Shown in pieces: positions 40,399-52,456 of a stretch of DNA of 57,152 bases (positions within the stretch are counted from its first letter, which is position 1; each line of letters opens with the position of its first letter). Source of the stretch: Chiloscyllium plagiosum (taxonomy: Eukaryota); contig NC_057720.1 in assembly GCF_004010195.1 (NCBI RefSeq), forward strand, positions 36,641,538 through 36,698,689, in the 5' to 3' direction. Made by a program: the position numbers and the translations under genes. The notes beneath the pieces are model-generated. The model was not told the DNA's origin and made no database searches. It saw only the letters and a program-made list of their open reading frames with translations.

Positions 40399-40598
40399 TG
40401 TTGAAACTTTATTGCTGGAACAGCACAGCAGGTCAGGCAGCATCCAGGGAACAGGAGATTCGACGTTTCGGGCACAGGAAGAAGGGCCTGTGCCCGAAAC
40501 GTCGAATCTCCTGTTCCCTGGATGCTGCCTGACCTGCTGTGCTGTTCCAGCAATAAAGTTTCAACTTTGATCTCCAGCATCTGCAGACCTCACTTTCT
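40399..40598 (+). mobile_element. Young Penelope-like hairpin insertion
   Basis: Perfect 79-bp inverted arms (40400-40478, 40487-40565); perfect 15-bp TSD cctggtaattataga (40384-40398, 40599-40613). Confidence 0.92.
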
Positions 40599-41664
40599 CC
40601 TGGTAATTATAGACCAATGAGCCTTACTTCAGTTGTTGGTAAAGTGTTGGAAAAGGTTATAAGAGATAGGATTTATAATCATCTAGANNNNNNNNNNNNN
40701 NNNNNNNNNNNNNNNNNNNNNNNNNNNNNNNNNNNNNNNNNNNNNNNNNNNNNNNNNNNNNNNNNNNNNNNNNNNNNNNNNNNNNNNNNNNNNNNNNNNN
40801 NNNNNNNNNNNNNNNNNNNNNNNNNNNNNNNNNNNNNNNNNNNNNNNNNNNNNNNNNNNNNNNNNNNNNNNNNNNNNNNNNNNNNNNNNNNNNNNNNNNN
40901 NNNNNNNNNNNNNNNNNNNNNNNNNNNNNNNNNNNNNNNNNNNNNNNNNNNNNNNNNNNNNNNNNNNNNNNNNNNNNNNNNNNNNNNNNNNNNNNNNNNN
41001 NNNNNNNNNNNNNNNNNNNNNNNNNNNNNNNNNNNNNNNNNNNNNNNNNNNNNNNNNNNNNNNNNNNNNNNNNNNNNNNNNNNNNNNNNNNNNNNNNNNN
41101 NNNNNNNNNNNNNNNNNNNNNNNNNNNNNNNNNNNNNNNNNNNNNNNNNNNNNNNNNNNNNNNNNNNNNNNNNNNNNNNNNNNNNNNNNNNNNNNNNNNN
41201 NNNNNNNNNNNNNNNNNNNNNNNNNNNNNNNNNNNNNNNNNNNNNNNNNNNNNNNNNGAACCATGAGGTTATGCTGCAGCTGTACAAAACTCTGGTGTTG
41301 GTGCACTTGGAGTATTGTGTACAGTTCTGGTCACTGCATTATAAGAAGGATGTGGAAGCTTTGGAAAAGGTGCAGGGGAGATTTACTAGGATGTTGCCTG
41401 GTATGGAGGGAAGGTCTTACGAGGAAAGGCTGAGGGGCTTGAGGCTTTTTTTGTTCGAGAGAAGAAGGTTGAGAGGTGACTTAATAGAGACATATAAGAT
41501 AATCAGAGGGTTAGATAGGGTGGACAGGGAGAGCCTTTTTCCAAGTATGGTGACGGCGAGCATGAGGGGGCATAGCTATAAATTGAGGGGTGATAGATAT
41601 AGGACAAATGTCAGAGAGTAGTAAGGGTATGGAATTCTTTGCCTGCAATGGCAGTAGATTCAAC

Positions 41665-41815
41665 TAGGTAAAAACAATGACTTCAGATGTTGAAAACCAG
41701 ATTCTGGATTACTGGTGCTGGAAAAGCACAGCAGTTCAGGCAGTATCCGAGGAGCAGTACTCCTCGGATGCTGCCTGAACTGCTGTGCTTTTCCAGTACC
41801 ACTAAACCAGAATCA
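41665..41815 (-). mobile_element. Penelope-like hairpin insertion in CR1
   Basis: Arms gattctggattactggtgctggaaaagcacagc...gctgtgcttttccagtaccactaaaccagaatc; flanking gg(c/t)agtagattc duplicated. Confidence 0.8.
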
Positions 41816-41978
41816 GGTAGTAGATTCGCCAACTTTAAGTGCATTTAAGTCATCATTGGACAAGCATATGGACGTACATGGAATAGTGTAGGTTAGATGG
41901 GCTTCAGATTGGTATGACTGGTCGGCGCAACATGGAGGGCTGAAGGGCCTGTACTGCGCTGTAATGTTCTATGTTCTA

Positions 41979-42793
41979 TGTCCACTACTCCACCGACTTT
42001 AGTGTTGTCTGCAAATTTATTAATCTATCCACCTATGCTTGTGTCTAAGTCATTTATAAAAATTACAAACGGCAGTGGTTCCAAAACAGATGCTTGTGGC
42101 ACACCACTAGTAACTGGACTCCAGACTGAATATTTTCCATCAACCACCACTCGCTGCCTCCTTCCAGAAAGCCAATTTATAATCTAAACTGCTAAATCAC
42201 CCTCAGTTCCATGCCTCTGCATTTTCTCCATCAGCCTACCATGTGGAACCTTATCAAAGGCTTTACTGAAGTCCATGTATACCACATCAACTGCCCTACC
42301 CTTATCTATATGCTTGGTCACCTTCTCAAAAAACTCAATGAGGTTTGTGAGACACGACCTGCTCTTGACGAAACCATGTTGACCATCTGAAATCAAATTG
42401 TTGCTTGCTAGATGATTATAAAGCTTATCTCTCATAATCTTTTCCAAAACCTTTCCTACAACAGAAGTAAGGCTCACTGGTCTATAATTATCTGGGTCAT
42501 CTCTGCTTCCCTTCTTGAACTAGGGCACAACATTTGCAATCCTCCAGTCCTCAGGTACTAAATCTGTAGACAATGACGACTCAAATATCAAAGCCAAAGG
42601 CTCTGCTATATCCTCCCTAGCTTCCCAGAGAATCCTCGGATAAATCCCATCCAGTCCAGGGGACTTGTCTACTTTTACTCCTTCTAGAATTGATAACACC
42701 TGTGCGTAACTAACTTCGGTCCTTTCTAGTCTAATGTCTCGTACCTCATTCTTCTCTTCTACAATTTTCTCCTTTTCCTGAGTGAACACAGAT
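41979..42793 (-). mobile_element. CR1 RT fragment, runs into an N-gap
   Basis: ORFs 42184-42477 and 42520-42789 with QHGF and DFSKAFD. Confidence 0.93.
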
Positions 42794-43927
42794 NNNNNNN
42801 NNNNNNNNNNNNNNNNNNNNNNNNNNNNNNNNNNNNNNNNNNNNNNNNNNNNNNNNNNNNNNNNNNNNNNNNNNNNNNNNNNNNNNNNNNNNNNNNNNNN
42901 NNNNNNNNNNNNNNNNNNNNNNNNNNNNNNNNNNNNNNNNNNNNNNNNNNNNNNNNNNNNNNNNNNNNNNNNNNNNNNNNNNNNNNNNNNNNNNNNNNNN
43001 NNNNNNNNNNNNNNNNNNNNNNNNNNNNNNNNNNNNNNNNNNNNNNNNNNNNNNNNNNNNNNNNNNNNNNNNNNNNNNNNNNNNNNNNNNNNNNNNNNNN
43101 NNNNNNNNNNNNNNNNNNNNNNNNNNNNNNNNNNNNNNNNNNNNNNNNNNNNNNNNNNNNNNNNNNNNNNNNNNNNNNNNNNNNNNNNNNNNNNNNNNNN
43201 NNNNNNNNNNNNNNNNNNNNNNNNNNNNNNNNNNNNNNNNNNNNNNNNNNNNNNNNNNNNNNNNNNNNNNNNNNNNNNNNNNNNNNNNNNNNNATAAATA
43301 CCTCCTTGGTGCGACAGATTTCTTGAACATGTTCCTTTTGTAGTCCTTCATCTTTTGCAGTGCTGAATATTTATGTCTCAGAATCCATGAGATTTAATGC
43401 TTGATAACTTTGGATTTTCCCACTTTAAAGTACGTACACATAATACATCCTACTTAGGGGAAGAGCAGTGTCAATTTAAAAGAAACAGTGCATTGACATC
43501 ACAAGGGGCTAAGGCATCCATTAAGATATCATTTCAGAGCATTGTGTACAATGGTCTCTCACGATAGTCTGCAGGTAATCTGGAGTAATCTCCTTTTGAC
43601 TCTTCTATCATTGGTAATATTTCAGACTGCACACAGATTGCTATGATACCCTGAAATGTTTGATCACCCTCCATGGTCTCATTGGTCCTGTGAGAGACAG
43701 TGCTTTGAGGCAGTGAGACAATGTGGACATGTGAAATGCTCATGGACATCGTCCAGCTTTGAACTGCAATCATTCCCTTGAAGAGCTAATACATAGCACG
43801 ACAGTTTCCTTGCAGAGATGTGTGGAATCATCGAGTGAAAGCATGGAATCACAAACTGAGTCTAAATGTGGAATAAAATATGCAGGCCAGATGCTAGACC
43901 TTTGCCTTCACACTGTAATACACTCCC

Positions 43928-44580
43928 TGCAGGTTCATAGCTCCTTGAAAGTGGAGTCGCAGGTAGATAGGATAGTGAAGGCGGTGTTTGGTATGCTTTC
44001 TTTTATTCGTCAGAATATTGAGTAGAGGAGTTGGGAGGTCATGTTGCGGCTGTACAGGACATTGGTTAGGCCACTGTTGGAATATTGCGTGCAATTCTGG
44101 TCTCCCTCCTATCGGAAAGATGTTGTGAAACTTGAAAGGGTTCAGGAATGATTTACAGGGATGTTGCCAGGGTTGGAGGATTTGATCTAGAGGGAGAGGC
44201 TGAATAGGCTGGGACTGTTTTCCCTGGAGCTGAGGGGTGAGCTTATAGGGGTTACAAAATTATGAGGGGCATGGATAGGGTAAATAGGCAAAGTCTTTTC
44301 CCTGGGGTCGGGGAATCTGGAACTACAGGACATAGGTTTAGGGTGAGAGGGGAAAGATACAAAAGAGACCGAAGGGGCAACTTTTTCACGCAGAGGGTAG
44401 TACGTGTATGGAGTGAGCTGCCAGAGGAAGTGGTGGAGGCTGGTACAATTGCAACATTTAAGAGGCATTTGGATGGCTATATGAATAGGAAGGGTTTGGA
44501 GGGATATGGGCTGAGTGCTGGCAGGTGGGACTAGATTGGGTTGGGATATCTGGTCAGCATGGACGGGTTGGATGGAAGGG
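43928..44580 (+). mobile_element. 5'-truncated CR1 3' end
   Basis: QVHSSLKVESQVDR...EGYGLSAGRWD. Confidence 0.93.
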
Positions 44581-45739
44581 GAGGGAAGTGAGGGGCGAGG
44601 TGTGGGCGCAAGTTTTGCATTTCTTGCGGTTGCAGGGGAAGGTGCCGGGAGTGGAGGTTGGGTTGGTGGGAGGGTGTGGACCTGACGAGGAAGTCGCAGA
44701 GGGAGTGGTCTTTCTGGTCTTTCCCCTCAGACGTGGTTGACAAGGCTCTCCACCGCATCTCCTCCACTTATCGCTCCTCCGCCCTTGAACCCCGCCTCTC
44801 CAATCGCCACCAGGACATAACCCTACTGGTCTTCACCTACCACCTCACCAACCTCTAGATACATTACATCATCCTTCGTCATTTCCACCACCTCCAAACA
44901 GACTCCACCACCAAGTATATATTTTCCTCCCCTCCCCTATCAGTGTTATGGAAAGACCACTCCCTCCACGACTCCCTCATCAGGTCCACACCCCACACCA
45001 ACCCAACCTCCTCTCCCGGCACCTTCCCCTGCAACCGCAAGAAATGCAAAACTTGAGCCCACACCTCTCCCCTCACTTCCTTCCAAGGCCCCAAGAGATC
45101 CTTCCATATCCGTCACAAATTCACCTGCATCTCCACACACATCATTTACTGCATCCACTGCACCTGATGTGGCCTCCTCTACATTGGGGAGACAGGCTAC
45201 CTACTTGTGGAACGTTTCAGAGAATACCTCTGGGACACCCACACCAACTAACCCAACTGCCCCGTGGCTGAACACTTTAACTCCCCCTCCCACTCCGCCA
45301 AGGACATGCAGGTCCTTGGCCTCCTCCATCACCAGACCATGGCAATGCGACACCTGGAGGCAGAGCGCCTCATCTTCCGCCTAGGAACCCTCCAACCACA
45401 AGGGATGAATGCAGATTTCTCCAGCTTCCTCATTTCCCCTCCCCCCACCTTATCTCAGTCCCAACCCTCAGACTCAGCACCGCCTTCTTGACCTGCAATC
45501 TTCTTCCCGACCTCTCCACCTCCACCCCCTCTCCGGCCTATCACCCTCACCTTAACCTCCTTCCACCTATTGCATTCCGAATGCCCCTCCCCCAAGTCCC
45601 TCCTCCCTACCTTTTATCTTAGCCTGCTTCGCACACCTTCCTCATTCCTGAAAAAGGGCTTATGCCCGAAACGTCGATTCTCCTGCTCCTTGGATGCTGC
45701 CTGACCTGCTGCGCTTTTCCAGCACCACATTTTTCAGCT
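44581..45739 (+). mobile_element. Penelope-like element 3' part: GIY-YIG endonuclease, terminal repeat, 5' inverted segment
   Basis: IIYCIHCT*CGLLYIGETG at ~45141-45197; 44581-44712 is an inverted copy of ~44950-45082; mutated hammerhead core at 45648-45680. Confidence 0.9.
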
Positions 45740-47095
45740 ATATTAATTACTACTAATTAACTGTTCTAATATAGTGACATACCATAAACACACCCTTGGC
45801 AAAGGCAAATTCAGTAAAACACATGGTCTCACATGCAATGCCAGCAGCAGGAAGAGCACCTCAAAGCCATAGTTTCGTCACACTGAGTTCAGATCTGGAG
45901 TGCAGGCCTGTGTTCATATCTGTCTAATACTGAGCGCGCAGGATCTGGTTCTCCATAGTAGTTATCCACTCCTCCATAGAGGCAACCAGCCTTGTGCATG
46001 CCAGAACAATGGTAACGATCATGGTGTTGGACTTCAATCCAACTTACCGAATGCCTCTGCCAAATATGCTTGATCGTCCTATGCATTTTGACAAAGTCAT
46101 CCATGGCTGAGAACATGGGCTCATCTTCTGTCTAGGGCTGAACAGATGCCTAGTCTCTGGGAATCCTCGGAGTGTCAGAAACCAAAGATGTACCAGTCAT
46201 GCAGATATGTCAGTGCTGTGCTCAACTAACTGTATTCCCAAATCTAATCTAGAAATAAATTTCTCAAGGTGAAAGTCTCTGAGGTTTTCCAGGGTGTGGT
46301 AGCTGCCTCCTCACAGGCTGAAGTGGAGTTGAGGTTTTCCAGCGATGGCCTCTTTGCAAAGATTCACTGGGAGCAGCCAGTGCCTGCATGAAAGCAAAAA
46401 TTAGTTGAAGATGGATAAAATCTTATACAGATTAAGAATGAGCTAGTACTAACGCGAATGAGAGAGCCCATTGAGGATACTCCATCCCCAAGACAGCTTG
46501 TGCTGTTCTTTATCAAAATCCAGAATTTTCTCCTTGTAGGGTGTGGGACCCTGTTTCCGCAAAGCTCCTGTCAGTTTTGGATTTCTCCACTTGGTTGTAG
46601 GCCAATTTTTTTCCTGCAATGAGACAAAGGGAGAGACTGATTAGATGTAGGTAGAAGGTGATGTAGAGGCAGGAGAGATCGTCAGATGTTCCACAAATTA
46701 ACAGGATGCACAGAATTCGGGGTGTGTTACTGGTTTTGGGAAATATGGTGGGCAATAGCCACTGAGTGATAGATACTGGAAATTCCTCTTCACTTGGGAA
46801 ATAGAACTGACCTGGGCTGCAATTTATATTCAGGCTATCTTCGTTTGTATTGTTTCCTCCTGCGGCAGTCACATGGAGAAAAGACTGCTCTCTGCTCCAA
46901 AATCATCCCCTCCCCCACCCGCCTCCCACCCCCCCACCCACCAACACACACACACACAACACCTCCATGTCCTTGTCCATGAATCAAGAGAGTTTTCCTT
47001 TCCTCTGGTCCATGTTGTGAATGTGGGAGTTTAAGCACACAGTATGAGGGGCAGTTCCCGGTTTGCAGCCTCTGGAATGATGTGCAGGTGGGTTC

Positions 47096-47643
47096 TGTAA
47101 GAAGCGCTTGCAAAGTTTATTGTTTCTGCAAAAATCACAAGGCTGAGTCATGAGGGAGGGTGGTATATGTTAAGCTAGATATGCTTGCAAGCAGTTACAA
47201 GTAGCTGCATTTTGCTTCTGCAAAAATCGCAAGGCGGAGTCATGAGGGTATATTCCAAGAAATAACTAACTGAAAAGGGAGGTGGTTGACTGGTAGAAAC
47301 AGATGTATTGACATAACTGTTGCAATTGTCACGCACATAGGGAGTTAGTATGAACAAGATAAACAAATAAGACCCTGTGTTGCATCAGCAAAAGTAATAA
47401 GGCCTAGCTATCAAGGAGGGGGGTGGGGGTTGCACACCACAGACAGATGTGGTAAGCCGGTTAGATTAGCAGAAGTAAGAGGGGAGTACCAAGAGACTCA
47501 ACTGAACTGTATAAATTGTAATGTAACCTCCTGATCAGTGTGCCTCCTTTCTGGTCACCCGGGTTGCAAGACCGTATAAATAAAGACTGCTTCAGAATTT
47601 GACTCGGACTGAAATTATTGAACAGTGAACTTCGTTTCTCACA
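47096..47643 (+). promoter_or_regulatory. ERV-B 5' LTR
   Basis: Termini TGTAAGAA...TTCTCACA (7/8 inverted match); TATAAA 47510-47515; AATAAA 47579-47584; duplicated ~33-bp U3 block, first copy with AP-1 site TGAGTCA. Confidence 0.85.
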
Positions 47644-47645
47644 AC

Positions 47646-47663
47646 TGGGGGCTCGTGTGGGAT
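47646..47663 (+). other. ERV-B primer-binding site, tRNA-Pro
   Basis: TGGGGGCTCGTGTGGGAT versus the MLV-type Pro PBS TGGGGGCTCGTCCGGGAT (16/18). Confidence 0.85.
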
Positions 47664-47965
47664 CCTGTCATCCCCAGTGGAGTAGGCACCATTGACGGCT
47701 GGGAAGACGTGTCCCATTCCCTTTTAGAATGGTCCTGTGTTTCTCGATGGTGGGTGCCCCTCCCGGTAGATTGACCAGAATACTCAGGGAGTCATTCTGA
47801 ACCAGGAAAGAGTTAAGTGGTATTACTTGAATGGTAGGCACAGGGAGACGTTGAGCCAGGCAACTCTGTGCACAGACCAAGGTAAGAAAATTGACTTTTA
47901 AGTATTGCCATGGTGACTGGGATTGAGTTCTAGTAGTTAATAAGGGACTAACGAAGGAACTCAAT

Positions 47966-48434
47966 ATGGGCTGTGCCGAGGGTAAAGAAAAAGCCTCTGG
48001 GGAAAAAGGAAATGGAAATAGAGGCGGGGTCCCTGGCAACATACCTCCAGAAAGTCCGTTGGACAGGATGTTGTGGAATTGGAAAAATAATACTTGTACA
48101 AGGGAAAAAGATAGGAAAAAGATGATTAAATATTGTTGCTTTGTATGGACTACGGAATCCATTCTTTGTCCCACCGTCTTCTGGCCAAAGTACGGGTCGG
48201 ACGAAGACTGGGTTTGTAAATATTTGAATTTAAATATCAACGAACATCAGCCTTTCAGTCAGCAGGAATCAGATTATGGTTTGTGTCGGAAGGGCTAGTA
48301 GCTGAAGGGCTACTGAGGGTACACTTCGTAACTAACTTATGGCCAGACATCCAGAAAAATATTCAAAAGATAGAAGGATGGAGTGAGAAGCCTCTAGAGG
48401 AGAAGAGCGAGAAACTCAGGAAGTGTTTGTGAGA
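47966..48434 (+). pseudogene. gag: ERV-B gag, internally deleted (HERV-I-like)
   Basis: MG start; PPESPL..W..KKMIKYCCFVW..FWPKYGSDEDW; then jumps to capsid end LLRVHFVTNLWPDIQK.IQKIEGW. Confidence 0.85.
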
Positions 48435-49649
48435 TGTGTGTGTGTGTGTGTGAGTGAGAGAGAGAAAAGAGCTGTACAGTTAATAGAAAGTTTAATCCTT
48501 TGTGATTTGGTTTGAATGCACATTTATTTGGAGGTGATAGAATGTTTGTGCTTTGTTCCCTGGAGCTGGAGATCCGGGACTGTTTTGAATCTGATTTCTA
48601 TTATGGAAATTTAACATGATTTCTTTGAAGGTTAAGGATTTTACAGTGATTATTAAATAAAATGTTAACTCCTGTTCTTTTTACAGGTCACGACTGCCTT
48701 ACTATCAGTTTCTAACTAATCTCTTTTATCCTTACATAAAAGCCAACCTTATTTGATTTCAAATCAGCTTAATATGGAGGAAAACAACATCATAACTATT
48801 TGTTGTGTTTTAGACTCATTTGTTTCCACTTAATTTTAAGATTGATGTGTTTCATTGGTGATTATGATGTGCCAGCCGTAACTTTATTCGGAAAGTCCCC
48901 TCCCGCAATGACAGTTGAAGTTTCAGTTAAGTCAAAAAAAAATTCCTATGGTTAATATCTGTGACCTTGGATTCGGCCATTATTCATGCATTAGAAGTTT
49001 TTTTTTAACTTGAATACACAAGTCTTTTTAAGGCAGCTCCAGTTATTTCACGACTATAGCATTGTAATTGAGCAATGACTGGTCAGGACTACTTAAAAAA
49101 ACTAATTTTGCATTTAAATTAAAGGACTAAAACTAGGTAATTATCGTGAATTTCAAAGTTGGGAACTGTACGCATTTTGCATTTTAAATATTAAATACTG
49201 AATAAATGAATTTACAATATATAAATACATTTACAAGTAAGATTCAAAATGTATAGTTAGGAACAAGTTTTAAGGTTAGACAAGCATAAATTGATAAATT
49301 GGTTAAATGAGGTTAAGATGAAAATAAGGCAAGGAGATCAACTACCAAAGGGAAGAGAATGATGCAATAAGAAGGCTAAAGCAGAAGAGTACAGTTTTTA
49401 AAATGTTTTAGTCACTTGTTGCGTTTCCACCCTGAATTACAGATAATGATTTTATTATATTATATTATATTATATATAATTAATAATTAATATTTATAAT
49501 AAATCAATTGTATTAGCCTGAATCAATATTAATTGGCAGGATTCCTTCATACATTCTCAGTGACCTGTCATATTGATTCGTAGCTAATTTAAAACATGAC
49601 AGCATTAATTCATTGTTAATTAAAGAATGGAAAGCTACATTACTAGCGA

Positions 49650-52197
49650 GAGTGTGTGCAGGCAGTGGCAGCAGCAGCCTTATTGGTGGAAGAAAGTTGG
49701 AAACTTACTTTTGAGGGAGCGTTAATAGTCAAATCAGAAAGCAGAACGATGGCTCACAGACTCTAGGATCTTGAAATATGAGGCAATTTTAATAGAGAAG
49801 GATGACCTTGTGTTAGTCACAGACAGTTGCTTAAATCCAGCTGCATTCTTGTGGCGCGGAGAGGGGGAGGCCCCTGGTAATCCAGAACAAGACTGCCTTG
49901 ATATTATTGAATATGCGAGGTGCTGCATTTTGGGAAAGCAAATCTTAGCAGGACTTATACACTTAATGGTAAGGTCCTAGGGAGTGTTGCTGAACAAAGA
50001 GACCTTGGAGTGCAGGTTCATTGCTCCTTGAAAGTGAAGTCGCATGTAGATAGGATAGTGAAGAAGGCGTTTGGTATGCTTTCCTTTATTGGTCAGAGTA
50101 GTGAGTACAGGAGTTGGGAGGTCATGTTGCGGCTGTACAGGACATTGGTTAGGCCACTGTTGGAATATTGTGTGCAATTCTGGTCTTCTTTCTATTGGAA
50201 AGATGCTGTGAAACTTGAAAGGGTTCAGAAAAGATTTACAAGGATGTTGCCAGGGTTGGAGGATTTGAGTTATAGGGAGAGGCTGTACAGGCTGTGGCTG
50301 TTTTTCCTGGAGCATCGGAGGCTGAGGGGTGACTGTATAGAGGTTTACAAAATTATGAGGGGCATGGATACAGTAAATAGGCAAAGTCTTTTCCCTGGGG
50401 TCAGGGAGTCCAGAACTAGAGGGCATAGGTTTAGTGTGAGAGAGGAACGATACTGAACGGGTTGGACTGAAGGGTCTGTTTCCATGCTGTATATCTCTAT
50501 GACTCTATGACCTCCCGCTGCATGCGGGAGCTTGGTTGTTTATCGACGGGTCCTACAGGATGATTGAGGGTAAAAGGCACAATGGATATGCTGTAGTAGA
50601 CAGGATAGAGGGAAGCATTATCAGGCTGAAAGATTGCCTAACGGCTGGTCAGCCCAAACTTGTGAACTCTATGCCCAAGAAAGAGCTCTCAGAGCCTTAG
50701 AAGACAAGGAAGGAACAGTGTACACAGACACCAAATATGCATTTGGAGTGGTACACACCTTTGTAAAAATTTGGCAAGAAAGAGGACTAATAAATAGTCG
50801 AGGAAAAGAACTAGCACATGAGGAATTGATAGAACGAGTACTAGAATCCCTGTTACTCCCGAGGGAAATAGAGATGGTTCATATAAATGGACATCAAATG
50901 GGGAACGATCCAGAAGTACGAGGAAATAGACTGGCCGATGAGGTAGCTAAAGAAGCGGCACTGAATCCACAAGGTGCTGCAATATACTCCCTAATACCTG
51001 TAATTCCGGAACCTCAGGGTACCCCATTGTTTCCTGCAAAGAAGGAGGAGGAACTAAAAGATTTAGGGACTGCAAAGACAGCGGATGGGCGCTGGATGTT
51101 ACCCGATGTCTGGGAGATGTTGAATAAAATGATGATGCGAGAGATTATGGCTGTTCTACATCAGGGGAGTCACTGGGGAGTGCAAGCAATGTGTGATTTA
51201 GTCTTGAGGAAATATGGATGCAAAGGGATATAAACGATAGCCAAACAGAAATGTGAGAGATGTATAACACGTAGGAAGGTAAATAAGAAGGTGCTAAGGA
51301 AACAAGTCCCAGGAGGGAGAGAACCTGGGCTAAGACCATTCCAGAGCATCCAAGTAGATTATACCGAATTACCCAGAGTGCGAAGACTGAGATATATGTT
51401 GGTAATAGTTGATCATTTATCTGGATGGGTGGAGGCGTATCCTCTGGCCACTGCCACCGCCAGTGGGGTGTCCAAGATAATACTTGAACAATAGTTCCCA
51501 GATACGGGATAGTGGAGTGTATAGATTTGGATCAGGGAACTCACTTTACTTCCAAGGTACTCCACGGAACGATGAAGGGGTTAGGGATCTCCTGGGAGTT
51601 CCACACTCCTTGGCACCCACCCTCATCAGGAAAGGTTGAGAGAATGAACCAAACACTCAAGAAGCAGTTCTCTAAATTAATAATAGAAACCAGACTCCCT
51701 TGGACTAAGTGTTTAGCCCATATAGCCCAAGACTATAGCCCTCTTGCGAGTGCGGACAGCCCAAGGAAAGATTTGGGGCCGCCCCCTTATGAGATATTGT
51801 TTGGCCTGCCCTATTTGGGAACAAAAGGGGAACTGCCAATCCCAGAAACTAGAGATTTGTTCTTAAAGTATATACTGGGCTTGTCCTCCTCTTTGTCTTT
51901 CCTCAGGAAACAGGGTTTATTGGCACAGACTCTGCCCTTGAATTCACCGTTCATCCCATGCAGCCGGGAGATTGGGTCCTAATTAAGTCATGGACAGAAA
52001 CTAAATTGCAACCAGATTGGGAGGGACTGTACCAGGCTCTTTTGACTACCGAAAGAGTGATAAGAATGGCGGAGAAAGGCTGGACTCACTACACCAGGAT
52101 TAAGAGACCAGTGGAATCCCTGGTTGAAAAAGAAGTCTGGATGGCTGAATCAATAAGAACCACTGAAACTCATGCTAAAAACACTTTAAGTGACTGA
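49650..52197 (+). pseudogene. pol: ERV-B pol: connection, RNase H and integrase, interrupted by CR1
   Basis: CVQAVAAAALLVEES; WLTDSRILKYEAIL; LFIDGS; YTDTKYAFG; GNRLAD; HQGSHWG; IQVDYTELP; SGKVERMNQTLK; WEGLYQALLTT. Confidence 0.95.
49914..50511 (+). mobile_element. 5'-truncated CR1 inserted in ERV-B pol
   Basis: ORF 49920-50456 is the CR1 RT C-terminus; (ctctatga)n tail. Confidence 0.95.
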
Positions 52198-52204
52198 TTA
52201 TACC

Positions 52205-52456
52205 ATGGCGACGCGAGCGCTGAATGGTTTGTTTATAGATTGCATGTGAAGTCTCTCGGTGCTTCAATACTATTGTAGAATGCTGAGGATTATAATATTA
52301 GCTCTCTTAATATTGGGATTTTGTCAAACATCATCTTCATTCTAGTTATTAACGGTTCCTGAGTCTGATAATTGCAAATATATCCCTTACTTGAAAAACA
52401 GAAGGCTGGCTGTGACTCTGGATGGATTCAGCACTCAGAACTATGTGGTGACTCTG
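52205..52456 (+). pseudogene. Probable 5' end of ERV-B env, cut by ERV-C
   Basis: accATGg just after the integrase stop, followed by a hydrophobic LRIIILALLILG stretch; assignment is mainly positional. Confidence 0.5.

Larger units (their letters stand above)
39191..41978 (+). mobile_element. CR1 ORF2 (APE to RT to 3' tail) spanning an N-gap
   Basis: FYRPP, FNFPNINW, GDSDHN, PEDWRVAN, RT C-terminus, (tgttcta)n tail. Confidence 0.95.

Noticed and set aside
40617..43351. Long ORFs made mostly of X
   Set aside because: Artefacts of N-gaps
45889..46116. 75-aa minus-strand ORF (MFSAMDDF...)
   Set aside because: No recognisable motif or splice context; length is compatible with chance
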